A stretch of 64,000 bases of DNA from Verrucomicrobiota bacterium (lineage in GTDB: Bacteria > Verrucomicrobiota > Verrucomicrobiia > Limisphaerales > AAA164-E04). Below the pieces are notes generated by a model. The model saw only the letters and a program-made list of their open reading frames with translations. It was not told the DNA's origin and made no database searches. The DNA lies in contig CP170459.1 in the NCBI GenBank assembly GCA_047947115.1, forward strand, positions 5,088,001-5,152,000, in the 5' to 3' direction. Of the stretch, positions 31,266 through 40,675 are shown piece after piece. Positions within the stretch are counted from its first letter, which is position 1, and every line of letters starts with the position of its first letter. The position numbers were made by a program, and so were the translations under genes.

Positions 31266-33926
31266 GTGACCATTTACAAGCATATTCAAAGGCTGACGAC
31301 AGCATGGAGGAAAGGATCAGGCATGCATTCCTGCCGCACGCATGTTACCACGTTGTTTATTTTCCTTTTTGGATCATCTCAGATCATGGGACAAGACTCC
31401 TTTCCTCAAATCGTCACTCCCAACCCTCCTTACCCGGATGTCACCGAGATGATTGGCGAGTCCTTTGAGGACTTCGAAACAGGAACGATGGCCGGGGGAT
31501 GGGATGCACTGCGCCACCGGATGCGAGGCAATATTTATCTAAGCAACCCAGGGCGGCTTGATCGTCCGCGCCTGACTCAATTTGAAAGGCTGACTCTCGG
31601 GGATTCGGAAGAGGTGGCTGCGGTAAATCGTGAAATCATCGAATACTGTCGAATCAAACAAAGCGCCATCGAAGAAGCCTGGGCTGATCCCAAACGCAGA
31701 CATCCGGCCAAGGAGGTATGCGCTTATCAGACAGAACTGATTCCCCTGGCTATTCTGACCCTCCGTATTGGTGAACGCCTCATCCCGGAGGCACACCAGG
31801 CCATCAAAAATCTCATCATAGCGTTTCGTCCCGAAGCGGCCGATATCGAACCCACTCTCTGGATGCATGCCCCCGGTTACAACGGATCGAACGCTCATGA
31901 CTACCTGAGTTTTCTGGCCTTAAGTTGGGAGGTTACAGGCAATCCGGATCTGCGGGATGCGGCTTACTGGGGACTTCGAGGCGAGCTGGATCATATCAAC
32001 CTGAGCGGTGACATATCTGAATTCAATGTATTGGAAGGACATTGGTGCAGTTCCAATGGATACGATGCCATCAAAGCATTCGTGCGGGATCCGGAACTGG
32101 CACGTATGGCTCGAATGATTGCCGAACGCCTGTGGTTGAATCGTTTTCTCACCTGGTCCCCGGTGGTGGAACGGATCACCGGCCCAGGAAGCCGCATGGC
32201 GCCGGGAGCATGGCTCGGAACGAGTGGTGACCGCCTTCAATTCGCCACCGGAGTCGAGAAACCCATTTGGCTCAATGAATTCTTCGATTGGGGTGTTTGG
32301 AAACAACCAGTCAACGGCGGTCGCTGGCCACTGGACGATGTTCAGGGCATGGTACCCGAACTTCCTGGCTACCTTCAGGACGTGGCCTGGCGCAAGAAAT
32401 ATCCGAACACACTGCGGAGTTCCGTATACCTTGTTCCCTGGATGCACCGTTACCCCAAACTACCAGGCATCTCCAACACGACACCCGATCCGGTCTATGG
32501 GGAAATGATCAACCATCAGACATCAAACTATACATTGGGCTCCATCAATCATCCCTACGAAGCCACCGAGTGCATGGTCTACGCCTCGGCCTGGTGGAAT
32601 CATGAACAAGCAATACCCGAAGCTCCATTGGGCAGCCCAAAACGGTTCAGCGTTTTGTATCCACATTATATCTTCAATGGTGCCGCCTTCATGGATCGCA
32701 CGGAAATCCATTTCCAGAATCATCCAGACCACCCCAAAACAGACGAATGGACACGCGAACCCGGCCCGTGGATGCGTGAGTTTGTCGAACAGGGGCGCGC
32801 CGGACTGCTGCAGCATAAGAACACCATGATCTTCACTTACTCCGGACGCAATCGGGGGCATAACGATGTCCCTGTGGTTTCCGAAAAACTGAAACGGGTG
32901 TCGGCCGGAATGTTTCTCTTCCGTTGGGAACCGGGCCTTGATGGACTATTCGTCAACGACCAACCCGTCACAAGCCTGCCGGTGGAACTCGAACCCGGCG
33001 ACTGGTGGTTCATTCACGACGGCGACACGTTCGCCGGCATTCGCCCTCTTTCATCCACGCATCTGGGAGGCGACTGCAAAACCACGCTGGAACAACGTAC
33101 CCGCCAGATTGCATTGTATCAGGACAATTTCAACGGGAACTCGATCGAAGGTATCCCGGACGAAGCCTGGGTCAAAGCCCGAAGCGGGTTCATCGTGGAA
33201 CTGGGCGATGTGGAGGAATACGGGTCGTTCGAAAAATTCCGCGACCTGATGCTCATGAGCAAAGTGGAAGAAGAGGCTGAAGGATTCATCCGCCATGTCC
33301 AATATCAACGCCCCGGTCGCAAACTTGAATTAATGTGGCATTGCTATAACGAAACGTATCTGACACGAAAAGTAAATGATGTGGACCAAAGGGATACCAG
33401 ATACCTGCAGTCACCCGAATTCGCTGTCGGACAGGGCACTTTGGAAACCCACGACGCACGCCTTCAATCCGACGAGGATAAAACCGTGTGGCTTCTTTCA
33501 GCCGAGCCTTCACAAACCTACGTGGCCTATCAACCGAACCCGCACGAACAACTACCCATTCAACTGAAAACACCCATTGCGAATATCCAAGCCGATCGCT
33601 TTCCGTTTGGAAAACTGGTGGTCAGCAAAGTATCCGATGAGGAAATTCATCTCGAAATAGATGCAGGATTCCGTCCTTTCTGGAGCAATGTCCGCTGGCG
33701 CGCCCAGGTCTGGCAGGATCTCGGAACACACCCAAGCGATATCTGGATTGAAAGTGATATCCGGAAAGTAACCGCCAACATCAATGGGGATGATATGCCT
33801 GTGGTTCGAGCGGAAAACCCTGACAAAACGACCTGGTTGCTTGATCCATATGCGAAACTACCCCGTGTAAAAGACCGCCTGGCACCTCCTGGTTCGCAGC
33901 GCATTGAAACCCCATCGAACAAGTAA
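31266..33926 (+). CDS. Large hypothetical secreted protein (helical N-half, beta-rich C-half)
   Basis: 886-aa ORF with a probable signal peptide; no family recognised with confidence. Start uncertain. Confidence 0.75.
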   Translation: MTIYKHIQRLTTAWRKGSGMHSCRTHVTTLFIFLFGSSQIMGQDSFPQIVTPNPPYPDVTEMIGESFEDFETGTMAGGWDALRHRMRGNIYLSNPGRLDRPRLTQFERLTLGDSEEVAAVNREIIEYCRIKQSAIEEAWADPKRRHPAKEVCAYQTELIPLAILTLRIGERLIPEAHQAIKNLIIAFRPEAADIEPTLWMHAPGYNGSNAHDYLSFLALSWEVTGNPDLRDAAYWGLRGELDHINLSGDISEFNVLEGHWCSSNGYDAIKAFVRDPELARMARMIAERLWLNRFLTWSPVVERITGPGSRMAPGAWLGTSGDRLQFATGVEKPIWLNEFFDWGVWKQPVNGGRWPLDDVQGMVPELPGYLQDVAWRKKYPNTLRSSVYLVPWMHRYPKLPGISNTTPDPVYGEMINHQTSNYTLGSINHPYEATECMVYASAWWNHEQAIPEAPLGSPKRFSVLYPHYIFNGAAFMDRTEIHFQNHPDHPKTDEWTREPGPWMREFVEQGRAGLLQHKNTMIFTYSGRNRGHNDVPVVSEKLKRVSAGMFLFRWEPGLDGLFVNDQPVTSLPVELEPGDWWFIHDGDTFAGIRPLSSTHLGGDCKTTLEQRTRQIALYQDNFNGNSIEGIPDEAWVKARSGFIVELGDVEEYGSFEKFRDLMLMSKVEEEAEGFIRHVQYQRPGRKLELMWHCYNETYLTRKVNDVDQRDTRYLQSPEFAVGQGTLETHDARLQSDEDKTVWLLSAEPSQTYVAYQPNPHEQLPIQLKTPIANIQADRFPFGKLVVSKVSDEEIHLEIDAGFRPFWSNVRWRAQVWQDLGTHPSDIWIESDIRKVTANINGDDMPVVRAENPDKTTWLLDPYAKLPRVKDRLAPPGSQRIETPSNK

Positions 33927-33944
33927 TTTGCAGTCATACTACCA

Positions 33945-34130
33945 AGGATTCCTATCTGGAAGGTCATGCTTGCATGAACCATCGGAATGCATCCGTTTGT
34001 TTTACCCAGGCTAACCTGGCTCAAAGCCTGACGCCCCCCTGGCTTTTGTATCCGTTCATCGCATGCCTTATGGAATTTCTTGCGGCGGCCATGTTCCCCT
34101 TCCTTCGATTACCGAATCCAGGCCCAGGAA
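33945..34130 (+). pseudogene. Decayed fragment of a TVP38/TMEM64 paralogue (C-terminal ~60 codons)
   Basis: Reads RIPIWKVMLA*TIGMHP/CFTQANLAQSLTPPWLLYPFIACL versus RIPVWQVMLATASGMAPLCFAQAYLAENLMQRFPWLLYPLIGCL in the 2984..3697 gene; one stop and one frameshift. Confidence 0.8.
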
Positions 34131-34282
34131 AGAATCGCCCTGTTTGGAAAAGGGAATCACCATGACAAACCACATCAACATGAAAGCAGAAAGCAGGTGT
34201 ATGAGATTTCTAAATTTCTCTTCAGAAACTTTTTCTTCCTCACACAAGCCGGATCGAGTATGACAAGAGCACTTCCCTGCTC

Positions 34283-35833
34283 ATGGAAACGTTACGTCTA
34301 GGTACTTTGGACATTTCGCTGATCGTGATTTATCTCATCGTGATCGGTGGGCTCGGGCTTTGGTTCAGTCGAGGCATCAAGACTGGCAAGGATTTTTTCC
34401 TGGCTGGAAAGTCCCTTCCCTGGTGGGCTGCTGGTTTGTCGCTGGTCGTTTCCGATATCGGGGCAAAGGACATGATCGGTCTGGCCGGGGATGGCTATCG
34501 GTTTGGGGTGGTCATGATGAATTTTGATTTTCTGGGATGCATCCTGCCGGTGATCGTGGCGGCATTTCTGTTCATGCCCTACCTGTGGCTGGCCAATGTT
34601 TACACGGTTCCCGAATACCTAGGCAAACGTTACAACCAAACCGTCCGCACTTTCTTCGCCATCCTTTGGGTCCTGTTCATGGTAGGAACCCTGGCCACCA
34701 TCTTCGTCAGTGCAGCTTCCATGTTTGAAGGGATTCTGGGCTGGAGTTTCTGGCTGTCCGTCGGGGTCACCGCCGTGCTGGTGGGAATGTACACAACCGT
34801 TGGCGGACTGAAAGCGGTGGTTGTAACGGACGCTCTGTCATGCGTCATCCTGATCATCGGAGCGGGCATCATCTGTATCACCGGTCTGTCGGAAGTGGGC
34901 GGCATTTCGGCTCTGAAAGAGCAGATTCAAAGTCACGATTGGACCAAACACCATCTGGAGCTGCTGCCACCAGCCGATCATCCGGCATATCCCTGGCCTG
35001 CGGTGCTTTTGGGACTGGGATTTGTTTTGGGGCCTGCCTACTGGATCGGTAACCAGGCCATCGTGCAGCGAACCCTGGGCACGCGATCAGCAGCCGAAGC
35101 AAGGGCTTCCTACATTTTCTGCGCCGCCATCAAGCTGGTCTTCCCGTTACTGCTCGTGATTCCTGGATTGATCGGTATTGCGCTTCTCAGCAAGGAGCTT
35201 GGAGCGCCGGGTGATGATTGGAACGGCAACCAAGTGCTCCCCATGCTGCTCGTCAAATTATTGCCCCCTGGTGTTCTTGGAGTGGTCATCGGGGCTTTTC
35301 TCGCGGGCGTGCTTTCCAATCTGGATTCCTATGTCAATTCGGCAAGCACCATGCTTGTGCACGACTTCTACAAGGCATGGGTCCGCCCGGACGCAAGCGA
35401 CCGCCAATGTCTGGTTCTGGGACGCTGGCTGATTCCCGTTCTCCTTCTGGCCGGGGTGGGAGTGAGTTATCCCGTTCAGCAGGGCTTTGGATCCGTGTTC
35501 GAAGCCTTTCAAACATTCCTGTCCTTCATCCAGGGTCCACTGCTTGCCCTACTACTGTTTGGGATGCTGACCCGCCGGGCCAATGCCACGGGCGGATTGA
35601 TCGGCATGACCGGGGGGGTGACAACGGCCGCGTTGATGACTTTTTCCGAGGCTTTGTTCGGATTGGAAGGTGGCATTTCATTTCTGTGGGTTGCCTGGTG
35701 GAGCTTCGTCGTCTCGATGGCTGGAGTTGGATTAGGCAGTTTGTTGAAACCGCCCTACCCGGAAGACCGTCTCAAAGGGCTCATTGTGGGTAGTGTTTCC
35801 CCATCCCCTGACACGGAGGGCGGTCAAGCATGA
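34283..35833 (+). CDS. Sodium:solute symporter (SSS/SLC5 family)
   Basis: DFFLAGKSLPWW, TVPEYLGKRY, YTTVGGLKAVVVTD, NQAIVQR, DSYVNSAST; many TM helices. Confidence 0.95.
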   Translation: METLRLGTLDISLIVIYLIVIGGLGLWFSRGIKTGKDFFLAGKSLPWWAAGLSLVVSDIGAKDMIGLAGDGYRFGVVMMNFDFLGCILPVIVAAFLFMPYLWLANVYTVPEYLGKRYNQTVRTFFAILWVLFMVGTLATIFVSAASMFEGILGWSFWLSVGVTAVLVGMYTTVGGLKAVVVTDALSCVILIIGAGIICITGLSEVGGISALKEQIQSHDWTKHHLELLPPADHPAYPWPAVLLGLGFVLGPAYWIGNQAIVQRTLGTRSAAEARASYIFCAAIKLVFPLLLVIPGLIGIALLSKELGAPGDDWNGNQVLPMLLVKLLPPGVLGVVIGAFLAGVLSNLDSYVNSASTMLVHDFYKAWVRPDASDRQCLVLGRWLIPVLLLAGVGVSYPVQQGFGSVFEAFQTFLSFIQGPLLALLLFGMLTRRANATGGLIGMTGGVTTAALMTFSEALFGLEGGISFLWVAWWSFVVSMAGVGLGSLLKPPYPEDRLKGLIVGSVSPSPDTEGGQA

Positions 35834-36042
35834 GCACAACCACATCCATTCTCCTGGGAACCATGGCGGGCAAGTTGGCTGTGTCGGCGGTTTTTACGCT
35901 ACTCATCCTGCTCTTGATCCTTCTTCCCAACTCCGTGCGTAACATGCTCAAGGAAGAACAACTTCCATGGTGGAAGCGTACGCGTCTATGGGCCATGGTG
36001 ATCGCTGCCATTCAGGTGCTTGTCTACCTGACTTTCGGCTGA
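35830..36042 (+). CDS. Small two-TM membrane protein coupled to the SSS transporter
   Basis: 70 aa, two hydrophobic helices, PWWKRTRLWA; ATGA overlap with the SSS stop. Confidence 0.75.
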   Translation: MSTTTSILLGTMAGKLAVSAVFTLLILLLILLPNSVRNMLKEEQLPWWKRTRLWAMVIAAIQVLVYLTFG

Positions 36043-36170
36043 TGCAGCAAGATTTGTCCTGCTTGTTGCAAGAAACGTTATGCCATCCACATCCGGCGAT
36101 TCTAAGCTGGATGTGGATCATTTGATGGTTCCCCGTCAGCACATGTTGAAAACATGATAACAAATGCTAA

Positions 36171-36186
36171 TGTGAATCAACTCACA
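36171..36186. promoter_or_regulatory. CRP-family consensus site TGTGA-N6-TCACA
   Basis: TGTGA-atcaac-TCACA, ~120 bp upstream of the EF-G paralogue. Confidence 0.55.
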
Positions 36187-36303
36187 AACATTCAGGCTGC
36201 GGATCAATCCATCATTGAATTTTCAAACTCATCAAAGAACCGCACATTCAACAGAAAATGAAGCACGAAGATCATCTAAAGTCTCAACCATTGGAATCCC
36301 ATC

Positions 36304-38370
36304 ATGAAAACTTTTAAAGCGAACGACATCAGGAATGTGGCCGTCGTGGGCCACGCAGGCTCCGGAAAAACCATGCTCTGCGAATCGATGCTGGTCTGTG
36401 GCGGAAACATCAACCGCTTGGGCAGCATTGAAGCCGGAACTACTACTTCGGATTTCCACGAAGACGAACAGGCTCACGGCATGTCTCTTCATGAAACTGT
36501 CCTGAATGTGGAATGGCTGGACAAAAAACTCAATATTCTGGACTGCCCCGGATACCTGGATTTCATTGGTGAAACGCTGAGCGCTTATCGGGTGAGCGAT
36601 TTCGCCCTGATCGTGATCAATGCCGCCCATGGCATCGAGGTCGGAACGGACCTGGTCTGGGATTTTGCCAACCAGCTCAACATACCGAAAATGGTCGTCG
36701 TCAATGACCTGGACAAAGAGCACGCTCAATTCGACGAAGTAATGGCAAAGCTGCGCGATCATTTCACTCCCAAGCTGTTCCCCCTGACTCTTCCCATCAA
36801 CCCGGGGCCGGGTTTCAACAAGCTCCTCGACGTGATGCGAAGCGAAGTCGTGACGTATGCTGATGACGACAGTGGCAAATATGAAGAAACCGCCGCAGAA
36901 GGAGATTTGAAGGACAAGGTCAAGGCATACCATGCTGAATTGATCGAACTCGTGGCGGGAGCGGATGATCAGCTCATGGAAAAATTTTTCGAACAGGAAA
37001 GCTTGTCCGAAGAAGAAATGCGCGCCGGACTTCACAAAGCACTGCTGGCCGAATCATTCATTCCCGTTTTCTGTGTTTCCGCCAAACACGATATCGGCGT
37101 TGCCCGACTGATGGACTTTATCGCCAAATACGGTTTTTCCCCTTCGGACCATCCCGGCACGGCAGGTAAAAATTCGGACGGAGATGAAGTGGAAATCAAA
37201 TCCGACAATCAGGATCCTGTTGCATTCGTTTTCAAGACTGCGGATGAAGCGCATGCAGGACAGTTTTCTTTCTTCAGGGTTTACTCCGGTGAACTGAACG
37301 CCGGATCGGAAATATACAACGCGACAAGGGGTTGTCATGAAAAGCTTGGACAATTGTTTGTCATGAACGGCAAGCAACGTGAATCCGTCAACAAACTGTG
37401 CGCAGGTGACATCGGAGCGACCATCAAACTGAAGGACACCCATACAGGCAACACCCTGTGCGATGCGAAATCCATCGTCCATCTCCCCCCCATCAACTAT
37501 CCGTCACCCAACACGGTCGTCGCAGTCACCATCGAAAACAAAGGCGACGAAGAACGTTTGGCAAACGGACTGGCGACATTGAAGGAAGAAGATCCCTCTC
37601 TGGAGTATCTGGTCCACCCCGAAACACACCAGACACTCCTCAGCGGCCAGGGAGAACTCCATATCCGCATTATCAAAGAAACACTTGAAAAACGATTCCG
37701 TGTGGTCGTCGAGATGGAAGCCCCCAAAATCCCGTTCCGTGAAACCATTCGATCCAAAGCTGACACGACCTACCGCTACAAAAAACAATCCGGTGGCGCA
37801 GGACAATTTGCAGAAGTCTGGCTAAGGGTCGCCCCCAATGATCGTGGCAGCGGCATTGAATTCAAACACAGCCTGACCGGACAAAATGTCGACCGTGGTT
37901 TCGTCCCATCAGTTGAAAAAGGAGTCAACGCCGCGTGTAACGAAGGCATTCTGGCAGGTTGCCGAATTGTGGATGTCAAAGTGGATTTTTATGACGGAAA
38001 AATGCACAGTGTTGATTCCAGCGACATCGCTTTTCAGATTGCAGGCAAGCACGCGTTCCAGGAAGCATTGAAGAAAGCGCAGCCTTACATCCTGGAACCC
38101 ATCTATGACCTTAAAATCAAGGTCCCGGAAACGTTGACAGGAGACGTCATGAGCGACCTTTCCGGACGTCGAGGTGTGATTGAAGGTTTGGATACCGAAG
38201 GGCACTTTCAGGTCATTCGTGCCAAGGCGCCCCAATTAGAACTCTACAATTACACTTCCACCCTGAGAGCACTCACCGGCGGTCGTGGAATGTTCAGCCA
38301 GTCATTCAGCCACTATCAGGAGCTTCCTTCGCACCTTCAGCAAAAGGCGGTCAAGCAAAGGGAGGATTGA
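36304..38370 (+). CDS. Elongation factor G-like protein (EF-G2 type)
   Basis: GHAGSGKT, LDCPGYLDF, KDTHTGNTL, SGQGELH, KKQSGGAGQFAEV, DGKMHSVDSS; lacks canonical RGITI; not in an rpsL-rpsG operon. Confidence 0.92.
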   Translation: MKTFKANDIRNVAVVGHAGSGKTMLCESMLVCGGNINRLGSIEAGTTTSDFHEDEQAHGMSLHETVLNVEWLDKKLNILDCPGYLDFIGETLSAYRVSDFALIVINAAHGIEVGTDLVWDFANQLNIPKMVVVNDLDKEHAQFDEVMAKLRDHFTPKLFPLTLPINPGPGFNKLLDVMRSEVVTYADDDSGKYEETAAEGDLKDKVKAYHAELIELVAGADDQLMEKFFEQESLSEEEMRAGLHKALLAESFIPVFCVSAKHDIGVARLMDFIAKYGFSPSDHPGTAGKNSDGDEVEIKSDNQDPVAFVFKTADEAHAGQFSFFRVYSGELNAGSEIYNATRGCHEKLGQLFVMNGKQRESVNKLCAGDIGATIKLKDTHTGNTLCDAKSIVHLPPINYPSPNTVVAVTIENKGDEERLANGLATLKEEDPSLEYLVHPETHQTLLSGQGELHIRIIKETLEKRFRVVVEMEAPKIPFRETIRSKADTTYRYKKQSGGAGQFAEVWLRVAPNDRGSGIEFKHSLTGQNVDRGFVPSVEKGVNAACNEGILAGCRIVDVKVDFYDGKMHSVDSSDIAFQIAGKHAFQEALKKAQPYILEPIYDLKIKVPETLTGDVMSDLSGRRGVIEGLDTEGHFQVIRAKAPQLELYNYTSTLRALTGGRGMFSQSFSHYQELPSHLQQKAVKQRED

Positions 38371-38395
38371 ACTCACACCTGAACGCATTGCATTC

Positions 38396-38430
38396 AACGC
38401 CCCGCCTTCTTGGCCGGGGCGTTTTTTCTT
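38396..38430 (+). terminator. Rho-independent terminator after the EF-G-like gene
   Basis: AACGCCCCG...CGGGGCGTT stem followed by a T run. Confidence 0.8.
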
Positions 38431-38478
38431 TAGCTGTAGGGGATTTTCAGGCAGTCTCTGCCAACGGTTTAGTTGCGC

Positions 38479-39459
38479 ATGACTTTGAAAGATTCCACAG
38501 TTTTGATTACGGGAGGAACCGGCTCATTTGGAAGCCGGGTGGCTCGGCATTTGCTCGAGAAATCTCCCGCACAGATCCGTATCTTTAGTCGGGACGAAAA
38601 AAAGCAGTGGGAAATGAAGCGGACGTTTCCGGACTTCCGCTACATGCTGGGTGATGTCCGCGACCCCATTCGACTGGCATCCGCCATGGAGGGGGTCGAT
38701 TTTGTGTTTCACGCTGCGGCGCTCAAACAGGTCGGTTCCTGCGAACAATACCCATTCGAAGCGGTCCAGACCAACATCATCGGCTCCAACCAGGCCTGCG
38801 CCGCCGCCAAGGCGGCGGGTGTGAAAACGTTTGTTGCGTTGAGCACGGACAAATCGGTGAAGCCCGTCAATGCCATGGGAGTAAGCAAGGCCATGATGGA
38901 AAAGATTGTCTGCAGTCAAAACCAGTTCGGCGGAGAAACGGTCTTTTGCTGCGTGCGATATGGTAACGTGATGGGCAGCAGGGGCTCGGTGATTCCGTTG
39001 TTCCAGGATCAACTGGACCGCGACTTGCCCCTGACTGTGACGGTTCCCGAAATGACGCGCTTCCTGATGACATTGGACCAGTCTGTCGACCTTGTTTTCC
39101 ATGCCATGACCCAGGCTCAGGGCGGTGAAATATTCGTCCGAAAGGCACCTGCCTCCACAGTGAAAGATCTGGCGGAAACCATGCGAACCCGGGCAGGCAA
39201 ACCCGATCACCCCATTCAAATCACCGGCATTCGGCCGGGTGAAAAGTTGCATGAAATCCTCGTGAACGAATACGAAATGCAGCGCATTGTGGAGGAACCC
39301 GATTACTACACCATCCATCCCGACTATCGCATCCCTTCCGAACTGACCCCCAAGCAACTTGGTGAAGAATTCACCAGCCAGAACACACAGCAGTTGTCGG
39401 CGGGTGAAGCTATCAACACCATGCTCGACGCGATGGGATCCCAGGAACTCTTTCACTAA
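38479..39459 (+). CDS. UDP-GlcNAc 4,6-dehydratase / polysaccharide biosynthesis protein (FnlA/CapE/PseB-like)
   Basis: ITGGTGSFG, FSRDEKKQ, GDVRD, FHAAALKQV, LSTDK.V.PVNAMG.SK, RYGNVMGSRGSVIP, MTRF, GIRPGEKLHE. Confidence 0.93.
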   Translation: MTLKDSTVLITGGTGSFGSRVARHLLEKSPAQIRIFSRDEKKQWEMKRTFPDFRYMLGDVRDPIRLASAMEGVDFVFHAAALKQVGSCEQYPFEAVQTNIIGSNQACAAAKAAGVKTFVALSTDKSVKPVNAMGVSKAMMEKIVCSQNQFGGETVFCCVRYGNVMGSRGSVIPLFQDQLDRDLPLTVTVPEMTRFLMTLDQSVDLVFHAMTQAQGGEIFVRKAPASTVKDLAETMRTRAGKPDHPIQITGIRPGEKLHEILVNEYEMQRIVEEPDYYTIHPDYRIPSELTPKQLGEEFTSQNTQQLSAGEAINTMLDAMGSQELFH

Positions 39460-39463
39460 TCGG

Positions 39464-40675
39464 ATGTTGGAAACCGTCCCATACACCATCATCGACCGTT
39501 GCAGAGCTTGCCACGCGCCTTCCTCATTGCTGATTCCTGCCTTGGAAATGGATCCCATGCCCTTGGCTGGACAATTCTGTATCAGCCGGAAAGAGGCTTA
39601 CGATGCCGTCTCAATGCCCTTGAGCTGGATCATCTGCGAACGATGTGGCCTCGTTCAAGTCCTGGAAGATGTCAACGACCGGGCTTTGTTCAAACACTAC
39701 AATTACGCCTCATCCACTGTCGGAGGACTGGTCAGGCATTTTGAACAATTTGCATGCATCCTTGCCGAGTCATACGAAAACTCCGAACCTGCTTTTCTGG
39801 AAATTGGCTGTAACGACGGAGTCCTGCTGAACAAACTCCCGGCCACTTGGACCAAGTGCGGAGTGGATCCAAGCGATGTGGCCAGAACAACGCATGAAAG
39901 CGCTTCAGATGCAGCGTATGAGCTGGTCAACAAACCGTTCACATCCACTCTAGTGGACCGGAAGCAATGGACCGGAAAATGGGACGTGATCAGCGGTTCC
40001 AACTGCCTGGCGCATATTTCAGACCTGCGGGACGTCTTCGAAGGGGTGGCTTCTGCCCTGCGTCCTAACGGCGAATTCTGGATCGAAGTCCACGATCTGG
40101 ACGCTCTTCTGGATGGTTCACAATGGGACACCATCTATCACGAACACAAGGCAGAGTGGAGTCTCGACGCATTGACAAACTGTTTGGGAACATTGGGATT
40201 TGAGAGAATTTCCTTCGAACGCATCCCCATGCACGGAGGGGCGCTTCGATGTCGCTTCAAAAAAACAGGTGAAAAGAAGTATTTGCAGGGGACGACCGAC
40301 ACCTACCTTCCCAAACTGGAAAAACTCTCATTGGCCTATCACCGGAGAAACGAGCATCCGACTGTTCGAACACTTCGTTCCGCCGTGAAAAACGGACAAC
40401 GTATCGCGGCTTTTGGCGCGGCAGGCAGAGCCAATGTTTACCTGAATCAAATGGTCGACCTGACCTTCACCTGGATTGTGGACGAATCTCCCCTGCGCAT
40501 CGGGAAATTCATTCCGTGCGTCGGAACTCCGATTGTAGATCCCTCCTCTCTCGATCAGGAGGCTCCAAAAAAATGCCTGATCACAGCTTGGAATTACAAG
40601 GATGACATCATCCGGAAAAACCCGAATTACCCGGGAGACTGGCTGACCGCTTTCCCGATTCACCAAGAATCATGA
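39464..40675 (+). CDS. NDP-sugar C-methyltransferase (SAM-dependent, N-terminal Zn-binding domain)
   Basis: CRAC...CERC, LEIGCNDG, NCLAHI, DTIYHEH, HGGALR, FGAAGRA, AWNY. Confidence 0.9.
   Translation: MLETVPYTIIDRCRACHAPSSLLIPALEMDPMPLAGQFCISRKEAYDAVSMPLSWIICERCGLVQVLEDVNDRALFKHYNYASSTVGGLVRHFEQFACILAESYENSEPAFLEIGCNDGVLLNKLPATWTKCGVDPSDVARTTHESASDAAYELVNKPFTSTLVDRKQWTGKWDVISGSNCLAHISDLRDVFEGVASALRPNGEFWIEVHDLDALLDGSQWDTIYHEHKAEWSLDALTNCLGTLGFERISFERIPMHGGALRCRFKKTGEKKYLQGTTDTYLPKLEKLSLAYHRRNEHPTVRTLRSAVKNGQRIAAFGAAGRANVYLNQMVDLTFTWIVDESPLRIGKFIPCVGTPIVDPSSLDQEAPKKCLITAWNYKDDIIRKNPNYPGDWLTAFPIHQES

Noticed and set aside
38524..39558. 344-aa antisense ORF
   Set aside because: Shadow of the dehydratase gene; no recognisable motifs.
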